Positions 27,000 to 47,619 of a stretch of DNA of 64,000 bases are shown in pieces. A model generated the notes under the pieces. That model was not told the origin of the DNA. It did not search any database and was given only the letters and a program-made list of their open reading frames with translations. Each line of letters begins with the position of its first letter. The first letter of the stretch is position 1. Source of the stretch: Amoebidium appalachense. Lineage: Eukaryota; Protista; Ichthyosporea. The stretch is taken from contig CAVNZM010000007.1 of the NCBI GenBank assembly GCA_963693365.1, positions 7,499,962 to 7,563,961 of the forward strand, read 5' to 3'. The translations under genes and the position numbers were made by a program.

Positions 27000-28782
27000 T
27001 TAGTACACACCTGTGCACCCAGGGCGACAGTAAACAGGAGCAGAACGACCTGCCAGGTCCTCATTCCACCACCAGAACCAACCTTGCGGGAACCCATATT
27101 GTGTGGGCAAATGACTCAACAACGCCGTTATAATTACGTGGCTACGCGAAGTACTTTTGAAAAGAAGTGTGCTTGGTTTGTTTCAGTACGTTTACTGAGT
27201 GCCCCCGTTACGTTTTACTGGGTGGTAACGTGCCATAGCTGCCCAAAACGCATTGCCGCGCTCGCTGCAAACAGCGCAACGATCTAGACAATTGGTACCG
27301 AGATGGGCACAAATTGTCCAATCGCATTTAGAGACCCCCAAGGTAGTCAAACTTTGTACCCCAAAAGTTTACATTACAGTATTTGACCCCGGTATCCGTT
27401 CTCCGTTCCTTATCGGGGCTATAAACACCCACTTATTTGCTCTTCAAAAATCCGTATCAGCGATTGGGCAAAAGCGTTTTTATCGTTTACCCTCCTCCCA
27501 TTAGCCAATCAAATCGCATATATTTGCAGCTACCCCGGCCTCCCCTCACCTCCCCCCCTCCACGTCCGGATCTTTCGAACCCTACTTCTATTTGATCTCG
27601 TGGAGTAGAAAGGAGCCTACCGGCCCCAATCATATACCACGTCACCAGCAGCTGGTGACAGCTGCAGCACACTCCAGCTGAGAGAGCTCGAACTTACATT
27701 TGCCTCCCATATGGTCCGGGAATCATGAAAACTTCCAGTGATAAAAAGGAAACCTAAAGAACAAAGAGATATATACCAAGGAGCTTATGTCAATCACATT
27801 GTGCAAAAAAGTGCTGTAGCCTGTCTCGTTCCCTCTATTGTTCGTAGTCCCCCCTCCCCCCTCCCCCCCCCCCCGCCTCCCGCCCCCCTCTCCCTCCCCC
27901 CTTACCTGGGCTGTTCACCTCTTCATTCTTCCGTGTACAGTGTGTTCTCACCGCCATGAAGCTGAAGTTGGGTCTAACCGCCTTGTCGCATGCAATATGA
28001 GTGAACAGGCTGTCTCCATGCTCTCGTAGTTACATGTCAGTATTTCCCCTCCAGGGTTAAAATTCTACGTAGCTTTGACACCTTGACCATGCCCAAGGTC
28101 CCACCACACAACCTGAGTATTATTGTTATAGCACCCACGTATGTATATGGTATGGCTAACTTTGCCGGACTATTTGTGTGCCATGGACTGAATGTCTTGA
28201 GTACTCTCCCACCTTCAAGCGCCTCTCGTGCTTTGAAAATTCTCTGTGGCAGCGGTCACTTTCTTCTGCGTTGTTTGCTTCATCACATAATTCCTTTTCT
28301 CCCCTACCTCCCCTCCCTTCCCCCTCCTCCCCCCACCCCCCCCTCGCCCTTCCAGGCGGGAGTTGCATGCCAACTGTGACCTTCCTGCAGCCGACTCTAG
28401 AAATTTTCACCTTCAGAGTTAATTAGAGATTTTTAGTAGGTGACATCTGGACCATAGACGGCTCATTCTTCGATCCCTTAGCGGGGTTGGGGGGGGGGGG
28501 GAGGGGGGGAGGAAGAGGAGGAGGAGGGAGAGGAAGCCCGCGGGAGGGGGCGGGGGCGGCGGGAGGGTGGGCAGGGGGGGGGGTACTGAGTACGGGTGGG
28601 AGGGTTGGTAGGTGGGTGTTTGAGGGGATAATAAATGTTCTTTGAAGAAAGCCTCCGTAAAGGGCCACGTGTGCCGTTTACATGTGATAAGTTGTGTTGG
28701 GCAGGGGGTACGAAAACGAACTTTAAAGAGTTCGAGGAAGGGAAACACCAGCAGCCGGGAGAGAGAGACACAGGACGCCTTT

Positions 28783-28813
<31 letters not shown>

Positions 28814-29735
28814 GGGGGGAGGGGGGGGGGGGAGGGAGGGGCGGGGGGAGGGGGGGAGGGGGGGGGGAAAGTGGGGGTGGGGGGGGGGAGGGGGGAGGGG
28901 GGATAGCCCCCGTGGTATGATCATCGAAGTGCGCATGCGCAGAGGGATCTCCGAAACTTCCAGGCCCCGAAAACCTCACTAGTAAGGCTTCATGTTCAGA
29001 ATTTCGAAAGCAGAAACCTTACGAGAATCGTGGTCAAGGTTATAACAGGTATCCGCTTACTGGCGCTGCGCGAATACACACCGTTGTCAAGACATGTCGT
29101 GACGTCTCCCCCACCGTCCTTCAACTAATATTAGCCTCGAACGATGCTGGGGTTTCCCTTTGCCGCGCCTTCCGGCATGCCGCCAGCGTTTATGCTGAAT
29201 CTCGTGCTTTTTCTTGTTGGGTGTTGCCCCCAAATACTGGCAATATCTCAAAGTTGGTAAATATATATTGTGTGTATACGATGTACAAGCATGATATGAT
29301 GTCGATGGTGTGCACGGCAGTGTGCATGTGCTCACTCATGCAGCAGTTGCCTGCTCTGTGGCAGCTGCAGTGCCGCCAGCCGCTCTGCGCACCCGCTGCG
29401 GCGCTGCGGAGGCGGATATTAGCTTTGAAAATATCCCCCGCGGGTCTATGAAAATGTGGAGTAGTGCTCTTAAGCCCAATCATAAACGATTATTGAAGTA
29501 ATTTCATGATCTATGAAACGGACCCCGTCGCGAAAGCCACTGGATCCAGTTCAGTTGGCGGGTGCCGGTGATGAACGTGAAAAGCTCGGTAAGCTCTAGC
29601 AGTAGCTATACGTAGGAACTGTAAAAGAGATGTGGGGTTCCTTCCCGCATTTTTGTGGCAAGCATAAGCGGTAACAAAGCAGTTTCAAAAAAACAATATT
29701 AGAACATTGCAGTTTCCTGCACAAGCATCAGGAAG

Positions 29736-38382
<8,647 letters not shown>

Positions 38383-38611
38383 GGAAGTCAGCAGGTATGA
38401 CTGAAAAGATTTACTAGACTCTTGACGGAAAAGTAAGAATTGTCGGGTTTTCGTTCAAGAATTATGTATTACTTTCCAATGTAGGGGATCATGGCATATG
38501 CAACTTGTTAACACAGCTGAACTATATTTGTGCTCCACGGCTTCTTTTCGATAAGAAATCTATAATAGGAACTTTTTTCTTTCCAAGAGCTCTAGCAGTC
38601 TAGTTCGTGAA

Positions 38612-38642
<31 letters not shown>

Positions 38643-39037
38643 CTTTTTATCCTTGGTGTGCATGCAGTGATCTTATATAAAACGATAAAAAAAATAGGGG
38701 GCTGTGTTTAACTCGTGTCTGACTCATTGCATGTGCATGGCCCCATTGTTTGCTGTCACATCTCCATTCGGAGGGTTAAAACTTGTCGACGGGTGTAAAA
38801 TTGTCAGTAACTGCTGAACTGTTAGCCGTTAGGGCGTTCATAAGCAATAAAATGCTCGTATACGTACGTAGTCACCATCGAGTGTCATAAAAAGCTGACG
38901 ACAAGCTCGAGAATTCCGTGCATGTTTTGACACTAAGTAGAACCGTTAACAAAATCACATCACGGGCCCAGGTTGGCAACTTCATGAACTTGTCGACGTC
39001 GACCCACGAGCTTACGTAACTTGCGACCCCCTCCTCC

Positions 39038-39108
<71 letters not shown>

Positions 39109-40147
39109 CACAGGCTCTCCGAATCCCCAACGCGTGTCTGTCACAGTGCACAGCAGTTGCAGTATTCGTAGGAAAACACACACACACCATGGCCACTAAC
39201 TTGAACTCAGCTGGCCCACACGCGTACCCTACGCACCGTCGTGGCACGAGGCTCAGTCTGGCCATGATGCATCTACAATACATACATCACGCACCTAGTA
39301 TACCGTGACGTACACCAATTGCAATGTTTCAATCCTAAACAAAAACGCATATATATGGCAAACGTTTTTATGATCATGACTGCTGCATGTACAATTGTAC
39401 ATGTCATGTCGCTGCAACAGCTATTATCATTGCATAAGAATCATAGGACTTTTGTACTATTACTGCAATAAAACAATATAAATATAATGAACGTGTCCAC
39501 GGTCTGACATCTGATGTCTTGCCAACAACTGCACGTGACGTCGACATTGTGCGTACGATACACATCGATTCGGAAGGCCTCTCGACTCGAGTCGCCATAC
39601 TGCAGTCGTACATGTGTTGCCATGTCGGACGAGGTGAGATGATAAGGTGTGTATGCGTTTTCGTTATTAAGGTAGATTTATTTTTTGTAAGCCAACTTAC
39701 AGCTCACCAACTTGTGAAAACACCCATTCAGTTGTACCTGTAACACCTCTCAAACATGTCTCCGGATCCTGCGCATGCATGCACACCTGAAGTGATAAAT
39801 TTGGCAACTGACAAAGTGCCAAAAGGGATAATTCCCATGAAACCATGGATATGAATGACAAACCAATAGATGTCGACGTATGCCATTCCATCATCATGGC
39901 CCCCATACACATTTTTCAGGTTTGTAAAAGCTATGCTGAATCTAAAACTAAGAGTAGCATCTGCCACTTTCCTCCATTTCTTCTTTCCGATTGACATTTT
40001 CTAACACAAAAAGAAAAGATATATGCCGATAAAGAATGTGGGTTCACTGTGACTGATATCGATGTTTTTTCTGTACATTTGGAATCAGTAGGTGCACGCG
40101 AGACGCGTGAGCTTACGCACTCAGGTGCATGCCACTGCATTGGCACC

Positions 40148-40365
40148 CAGGCTGTGAAATTAGGGCAACGAATCGTCCCTGAAACTCCGAAAAGTGTCCC
40201 TAAATTTTTGAGGTTAGGTCCACATATTTTTCAACCGATTGCTCTAATACAGCCAAAATTATAAACAAATATTCCTAAAAACATTTGGTGGCTCTACTAG
40301 GGCCATCCAGATGAGAGAAAAGTAACCATAAATGGGCACCAGCCAAAAACCAATTTTACACCCTG
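40148..40365. mobile_element. hAT-type MITE (218 bp)
   Basis: Imperfect TIRs CAGGCTGTGAAATTAG and CAGGGTGTAAAATTGG (reverse complement). Flanks TTGGCACC and CTAGCACC match 6/8, consistent with a decayed 8-bp TSD. Confidence 0.55.
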
Positions 40366-41235
40366 CTAGCACCGTGACCGTGCCGAGGCAGATTTATCGT
40401 GGGCTGTTTTGATTGGGTAGCCAAGTGCGGTGTTCTGGTAATCACCCGATTGGCTGCTGATGAATAATCAAGAGTGGGGGCAAATACCACATGTGGCTGG
40501 CGGTGGGCAACCTATTTTTATTTTGTAGATTCATCATTCAAGCACTTTTTGCCAGTTCAGAAACTCATAGTAAAAGCCATAAAAAGCTCTCAAGCTTATC
40601 ATACTGATTAGATGTTTTAGACAATAGTTTATTATGTGCGTGCTTTGATGTCTGGCAAGTTCCCATGCGCCACCCTAGAGTTTCCACAGGATTATAAAAA
40701 CCGAGCATCCCGGGCGGCAATCCGTTCAATTCGACGTGTATGTTTGCCAGAAATTTAAATAATGGTGGATTAGTCGTGGGCGTGGCACTGCAATATGAGA
40801 TAAATGGTACAATGTCACATAATAAATTCCGCCCAGAAGTGAATAGATACGTGGAAAAATTGCTAAATAAGCAAGAGTATGTGCGGATGATTCAATACAA
40901 ATGACATTTTCTAGAAGATTTTAGCCGTTTCAGCCGACCAATCATCGACGAGGGCCGTGCCCGCGGAGCTGGCTCACAGAGTGTAAATATAGCATGCGAA
41001 AAAGTTCATGGCCAGCCGAAAAAACCAATATTTAAAGATAAAGCGTTACTATTCGGTATTAGATAACAAAAAATAGTTGTCGTAGAAATAAAAAATGCAT
41101 TTCTTTGCTAAAAAAGCTACCAGGGCGAGGCTCAATCCAGTACATCTATCGATGAATCTTGTGCTAGGTATGCACGGTTTTGTTTAAACTATCTGGAATG
41201 CACATGGAATGCGGGATCGGCGCTGATATCGAATA

Positions 41236-41394
41236 GGGGTTTACGCTGTTTACTCGAGGCAAAGAGAACCAGTCTCAGGTATGGGGGGGGGGGTTTTGCT
41301 CGGAATATCCCCTCAGCGGTATATCATGATCACGTACATAGATGTCGGGTGGTGACTATATATCAGGGTTTACTTTCTCTACGAGACACCATAA
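41236..41394 (-). mobile_element. Extremely 5'-truncated copy (last ~160 bp) of the non-LTR retrotransposon
   Basis: Identical to 42257-42415; flanked by direct repeat ATATCGAATA at 41226-41235 and 41395-41404. Confidence 0.9.
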
Positions 41395-42256
41395 ATATCG
41401 AATAAGGAACGACTTTCCCACGGCCTCTGCATGTGTACCGCCTGGGCAAAAAAAAAAAGCTGGTGCCCAACGTCATTCATCGCACATATGCTCGAGCAAC
41501 CAACAAGTTCGTGAATCCACGCATCAGCGTAGTAGGGGATAGTGCAATTGTGTTGTATACCCACACAAGGTCAAAATCTTTAAAACAGCTCCCTGATAGT
41601 CACACATGCATGTTGTCGATACCAGAGAGCGAAGACTGCTGCAGTAGCTATAGGGGCCGTGGGTAGTGATAAGGTGCGATATATTGATGCCATAGACAGA
41701 CAAGTCCAACGTTTTGTTTTGATGTACCTGGTTTTCTTTAGTGCATTGATTTCCTCTATATAGCTACCTATCTATCAATTGCATAAGTGCATAGGAGAGG
41801 AAATTGACTGGAGTCCTATGCAAGCCGGAGGACCGTCTGTTAGTGAACGTGGAGTATTTGTGGGTAAGTGTAAATCAATTTAACACGTTTAAGTGTGTGA
41901 GAAGTTTTACCAAAATGCACGTGTGCATGTCAACACTGAAACGTGTGGAAGAGCTTTGAGTTTCTTCAGTATAATATAATGTTCTGTATGCCACTGGGAG
42001 TGTGCCAAAATGCATGTACACACATCAACGTGAAAAAAATTGCTTTCACCGAAGTCGAGTTGCATATGCAGTGGTACTGTGACGGGTCTTCCAACGGAAA
42101 AATGGGAATCAAAGATAATGATTGTCATATAATGTTACGTGGAAGACAACTGTATGATGCAGAATGATTATTAGCCATGAGAAAATTCTTGTAGGCTGTT
42201 GCGCGAGCAAACAATGCCTGTTTTTTTTATTTGTTTTTTTTATGCGATGATGTGAT

Positions 42257-42451
42257 GGGGTTTACGCTGTTTACTCGAGGCAAAGAGAACCAGTCTCAGG
42301 TATGGGGGGGGGGGTTTTGCTCGGAATATCCCCTCAGCGGTATATCATGATCACGTACATAGATGTCGGGTGGTGACTATATATCAGGGTTTACTTTCTC
42401 TACGAGACACCATAAAGACTACAAGGAGAAATCAATTAGTTGGGGTTCCCC

Positions 42452-42497
<46 letters not shown>

Positions 42498-42529
42498 GGG
42501 CTCCCCTCGGGACACTCGGTATCAGCTGG

Positions 42530-42590
<61 letters not shown>

Positions 42591-44275
42591 GTGTGTGTGT
42601 GTGCGCGTGCGCTATAATTTTGTAGTGATGTGTTTCTCAAGCCAATCAATACATCTAATAAACAGGTCGTAGTTACGCGTGTTTAGTATAAAATCAAGGA
42701 TGTTGTAATTTACAGGTAGGCTATCTTTCTGGGTGTCTGTTGTGAATGTGACGTGTGTGTGTTGCGGTATTATGTGGTCTATCAAACTACATTTGGCGAT
42801 ACATGACCGGTTAAACTGGTGTGTGTGTGTGTTGTTTGGGCATGCAAATGATGCCACCTTATACTTATTAGATCTCCACTGTATAGCACGTGTACAGTAA
42901 AAGCGTGGTAATTGATCAATAATACCATCAGCTAGAGAAAGACCAGTTCTACAGGAAGGTAATATGTATTTAGGTGTTATACACTTGCGAGTGCCATATT
43001 TGGCAATATGGTTGAGGCGGTCAGTATATATAAAACGAGACATAAGGCTTAGTTTTTCAAGGTGTATGCTTTCATCGGGTCTAGTGTCGTGTGGTATCTT
43101 TTTCCATTTGTTATATTGCGTGATTATCTTGTGATTGTGTACATGTTTAATAAGTAAGTGGCAGTCCAAAGTCACACACACACTATTGCGGGGTTTATTT
43201 GTATTTGTGCCCAGGGGAGAAGGGGAGAGAGAGGGGAGGAAAGAGGGGAGAGGTGAGGAGGGGACAGGTCGGATAGAGAAGAGAGGGTGGGAGGGCAAAT
43301 ACTTCTTTAAGCGGCTTATGTGCTTATTGAATTTCAGCGCGAGATAGGATACTCTAGCAGCTATTGGGACCAGACCATATATCGAGAGCGTTACAGGCCC
43401 AGGTTTACAACAGTTGTTAGATAGAAAGGAGGCAACTTCTGCTTCAAGGAAATTTGCCAAGGGTTTAAGCGCTCTAGTTCTCTCTTTCTTGATCCAAGCG
43501 GCGAGAAGGGGTAAACCATATTCACATGCCGGGAAGACAAAAGTGCGAATAAATGTAAGTCTAATAGAAGGATGGAGGGGTGTGTCTTTAAAAATATTAG
43601 CCGAGAAGAAAGCTAACCGCTTACGAGCCAACTCTACCCTCTTTTCGACCATATGGGGAAACATAACACCAACAGAATCAACCGGAACACCAAGATATTT
43701 GTATTCTGGAACTATAGGTACAGGTTTAGATGATAATGTAAATGTGTGTAAATTGTTAGCTATATCAGGTACAAGAACACCACATTTGTCTATGTTAAGG
43801 ATCATAAGGTTTGCCTTGCACCACTCTGACACTACATCGAACAATCTTTGCAGGCGTCTAGGGGTACGGGCAAGGAGGGACAGATCATCAGCATAGAGAA
43901 GTGCAGGCGGAAAGTTATTAATAGGGTCATCGTTTTCGGCGTAAATCTTGACAGCCAAATCATCTATAAATAGGTTAAACAAAAAGGGGCTAAGCAATGA
44001 ACCCTGCAAGAGACCTCTAGTACGAGCAAAACCATATGAAAGATGCCCATTAACCACAGCTCTACCATAGGTTTGAGACAAGAGTGCTTCTAACAGAACA
44101 CCAATGCAGTGTGGTACACCCCGTGCAGCAAGCTTTTCCCATAGGAGACCAGGGGAGACAGAATCGTAAGCAGTTTTCCAATCAATAAAGCCAACATATT
44201 GTGCACCAACTTGCATAGAATCGTGCAGTGCCATTATTTGAACATAACATGAATTGTTTTTACGAAAAGCGGATT
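42257..44275 (-). mobile_element. 5'-truncated non-LTR retrotransposon (LINE), 2019 bp, 10-bp TSD
   Basis: TSD ATGATGTGAT at 42247-42256 and 44276-44285. Contains an open RT frame and a ~355-nt 3' UTR. Confidence 0.92.
42612..44273 (-). CDS. Non-LTR reverse transcriptase, 5'-truncated ORF
   Basis: The frame is open from the truncation point: SAFRKNNSC (QxGFR-like), FIDWKTAYDSV, RGLLQGSLLSPFLFNLFIDDL, LYADD, LNIDKC, YKYLGV, plus a Cys/His-containing C-terminus. The ATG at 44234 is internal. Confidence 0.93.
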   Translation of the reverse strand, partial: SAFRKNNSCYVQIMALHDSMQVGAQYVGFIDWKTAYDSVSPGLLWEKLAARGVPHCIGVLLEALLSQTYGRAVVNGHLSYGFARTRGLLQGSLLSPFLFNLFIDDLAVKIYAENDDPINNFPPALLYADDLSLLARTPRRLQRLFDVVSEWCKANLMILNIDKCGVLVPDIANNLHTFTLSSKPVPIVPEYKYLGVPVDSVGVMFPHMVEKRVELARKRLAFFSANIFKDTPLHPSIRLTFIRTFVFPACEYGLPLLAAWIKKERTRALKPLANFLEAEVASFLSNNCCKPGPVTLSIYGLVPIAARVSYLALKFNKHISRLKKYLPSHPLFSIRPVPSSPLPSFLPSLSPSPLGTNTNKPRNSVCVTLDCHLLIKHVHNHKIITQYNKWKKIPHDTRPDESIHLEKLSLMSRFIYTDRLNHIAKYGTRKCITPKYILPSCRTGLSLADGIIDQLPRFYCTRAIQWRSNKYKVASFACPNNTHTHQFNRSCIAKCSLIDHIIPQHTHVTFTTDTQKDSLPVNYNILDFILNTRNYDLFIRCIDWLEKHITTKL

Positions 44276-44875
44276 ATGATGTGATTGCACAAATTCGCTT
44301 CGCAACCTTGTTTATTTTGGACTAGCACAATAACGTTAGTTCGATACATCCCCCTTATGTCGCATGCATGTCGATGTGTATAAATATGTCTGCTATGGCG
44401 CATGTTTTTGACTACTGCCCCAAATTAATTAGGCTGTACTTTACCTCAAACCATTGTGAATTGAATTCAGCAAGCATGGGATGAGACCAGAAAGGCAAAC
44501 AGCCATGCCACATGCGCTTTATCAGTGCGATTTCACACAGAGCCACGGGTGCGCATCCCCCAAGCCGCATTATCGGCAAGGTCATGCAAGGAACTCGCAC
44601 ACACACACACACGGAGAAGCAATTTCAATATGCAGTGCATACATCCACACATGCACAATTCATACCGAGCACAACACAGAGCACATCACTTAAATGCCAT
44701 CACATTTTTTTCGATATTGCACATTAGATGTCCGACGAAGAGTAGCCTACACTGAACCCATAGAACAACCATAACCAGTGAAGTAGTCTGTTTAATTTCA
44801 CCAGTTGCACCCATTAACCCATTGATTTTTTTTTTTTTCCATGCACACACAGGGTAAATATTCGCAATTCCCGTC

Positions 44876-45570
44876 ATGATGGCCAGCGTCTACTATCGAC
44901 CCTGGGAAGAGGGTCGTGAAGGTTCCCCCGTCTCCATCCCATCGGATGAAACTATGAGCGCTACACAGCAGCCACCACACCGCCCTTGGCCCGAGCAGCA
45001 TGTGCACGAACACAATATGGCCCACAGAACATTTTCCGGCCCGAGCAGAGCAACTACACTTGCGGCTGCGTATGAATACGAGGCTGGCCATCCAGTGATA
45101 TCCCTTCAGATGGACAGTATGAAGCGTGCCCAAGCTCGACACGATAATATGAGATTCGAAGGGGTTCATTCTTACGCCCCGCGCCTGCCGCATGGCTACC
45201 CACCCATGAACCAGCATGCACGGCCGATTCCCGAACATTTCGACTTGCATAGTTCCAAACATGATGCTGCCCCACCCACCCACCTACCATATGATGCACA
45301 CAGTCCATATTCGGGGTACACCACGCCAAACCCCGGGTACTACTCCCCCGAGCCCTGGTATCGTCGTGGTCCCGTACCTGTGCACCCCATGTCGGCATGT
45401 TACTCAGAGAGCGGAAACCTAGAGACAAATCCATCGGGGCCCCCCTCTGCAGGAAGTGTCACAAGTGCGGATTGGGCTACATGGACTAGCCCAGCTGAGG
45501 TATAATTGATTAGTTGCCCCCCCCCCCCCCCACCTCCCCCCCCCTCCCTCCCCCCCCCCCCCCCAAAAAA

Positions 45571-45601
<31 letters not shown>

Positions 45602-47544
45602 GAAAGAAAGGAAAAGAAATTAAAATGTATATCATTGAAGACGTGAAATTTTTACAGAGAAGTAAAGAGAGGGAGAACGAAAGAGTGACAAGAAAAGACG
45701 AGAACAATCGGTAACAAAATCCGGTGTGGGTTTTCCCTAGTCGTTCTCTCTTGCATTTTGCTCGACTGAGGAACGTCAGTGATAGCCAGCAGTACAAAAA
45801 CACGAATATACAGTCTGTGACATGTTTATCTGACAGACCCCGTCAGTTTTCAACTGCTCCCCCCCCCCCCCCCCCCCCTCCCCCGGCCCCGCCCCGCCCC
45901 GCCCTGCCCCTCCCCGCCCTCCTCTCCCCGAGGCCCCGATTCAGACTCTTTGTACTTCATCAAATAAACTGATAAAATCACAGCCCCTGTGATTCAGCGC
46001 TACCCGCACACGCAACCGCACACTAACAACGAAAAATTTACAGGGCGCTCTCCGATCCGGGGGTCCCAGCCGTGCCACAGGCCGCCGGCCGCGCGCACAC
46101 AGCTCAGGAGCATCGAGCAACAATCGCGTGAGGGGGTTTATGGAGGAAGAACCCCCCCAGGGGCAGCAAATGTACAAGCCCTACCCTCTGACACGCCACC
46201 ACTCAGGCGGCGCCACTGGATACTACGCCACATATCAGACGGTCTCCGAGTTTGCGGCATCAACGGACTATCCGCCTCGCAATACTCCTTTCCCCCCCAT
46301 CTTCACGGTCACGGTCAACCCCCCGCAGGAACTATGTTTGATAGGGAGCGAGTGGCAAATGAAGCAAGGTTGGGTACCCGACCTCCGCATTTTGTCGCTT
46401 TGAAAGCGGAGCCGGAGCCACCACGAAAGCTCACGCACAACGACACGTGTTACGCTATGGATCTCGCTGCCGAGGTTTCGCCCAATCACGCGGCAAATCT
46501 TTCCACCAATCAGCCAATGGCGGTCAGCGAACAGTCCAATAGGGTCGAGAGTCCGTCAAGTGACCAACCAATCGGACGTCGGAGAGCGTCGTCATCGCCT
46601 GGGCAGGCACCAAGCCCGGCCCTTTCTTCCTCAGCCAGCATGCTATCAAAGAGGCATGGGTTGTGCGGAAGGCCAAGCAACAGGAGCAAAAAACCCGAAA
46701 CGAAGCACCAGTTTATCGATTTTGTGAAGGCAAGATGCATCATGGAGGAATGGGGCCCGGCGAAGACCCCAACGTACAGACTAGCACCTCCCCTGAGAAG
46801 AATTCAGGTATGTGTGTGCTGGTGTTGTGAGTGGGTGATTGCGATCGGCTTACGATGTATAATCTTCTTGCTTTCTAATTCTATTAGTAAATCAATGTTT
46901 CTCTCTGTGTAGATATGGTATGGCATGGTGATTGAACACGATCTTTTTCTCTAGTCTAGTGGATACTTTATAGGTGTGTTTTTGTTTGTTTGTTTGTGTT
47001 TGTGTATGTGTGCGCGCAGCGATCGTTTTGGGTACGCCCTAAACGCAGAATTGATATGTTATGATTGGACAAATCTCTAAGGGCTATCGGTTGACACTGC
47101 CACAACCCACAGGGTGATGGTCCCGACTCGCTCCGCGCGCAATTCAATAAGGAGCAGGAAAGACTGAGCACCCCAGAGAACACACGTGAGACGATCAGCA
47201 ATGCAACGTGCCAGGTGTGGTTTAAACAATTCTTTGGCCACACGTCGATTACCGCAACTGCCGCCGAACTATTTCAAAATATCCTGACGGGGCAGGGAGG
47301 TGCAGGGGGAAACGACCAGAGGAGCGGCTTGGGTGAAAATTGGCGCGGAGGCGACGGATGGGGGGGCTCAATGGGGGGTTCAAGGGCGCATACGCCGAAA
47401 TTTCCGCTGCAGGGAAGCTCTGACAGTCTAACTAGTGCTGGGAGCTACAGTGAGACCCCCCAGCGCGACACGCCATACAACATGAGTCGGGATATGGAGG
47501 CGCCCTGCAGGGCAATCCACGAAATGACACTCGATGAACATTGA
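44876..47544 (+). CDS. Three-exon orphan protein: Pro/His/Tyr-rich low-complexity N-terminus plus a small helical C-terminal domain (possible regulator)
   Basis: Exons 44876-45499, 45998 (or 46044)-46807 and 47113-47544, with GT-AG phase-0 junctions. Globular-looking segment KHQFIDFVKARC...IQ|GDGPDSLRAQF...TISNATCQVWFKQFFGH. Family not recognised. Confidence 0.65.
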
Positions 47545-47583
47545 ACACCCCCCCCCCTCCCCCTCCCCTTCTCAAGACACACA

Positions 47584-47619
<36 letters not shown>

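Noticed and set aside
42070-42100. WYCDGSSNG resembling an RNase H first motif
   Set aside because: Short isolated match with no downstream RNase H residues.
42257-42266. GGGTTTA at the LINE end as a plant-type telomere repeat
   Set aside because: Single 7-mer, not tandem, and the insertions are interstitial.
41236-42416. 160-bp direct repeats as LTRs of a TRIM/LTR element
   Set aside because: No TG..CA ends, PBS or PPT; each repeat is explained as a LINE 3' end with its own TSD.
42453-42493. T-run as the LINE poly-A tail
   Set aside because: The TSD places the 3' end at 42257, so the run is internal.
46913-46973. Possible extra exon (AG..GT bounded) in the orphan gene
   Set aside because: It is 61 nt with an in-frame TAG, and the flanking exons join in phase without it.
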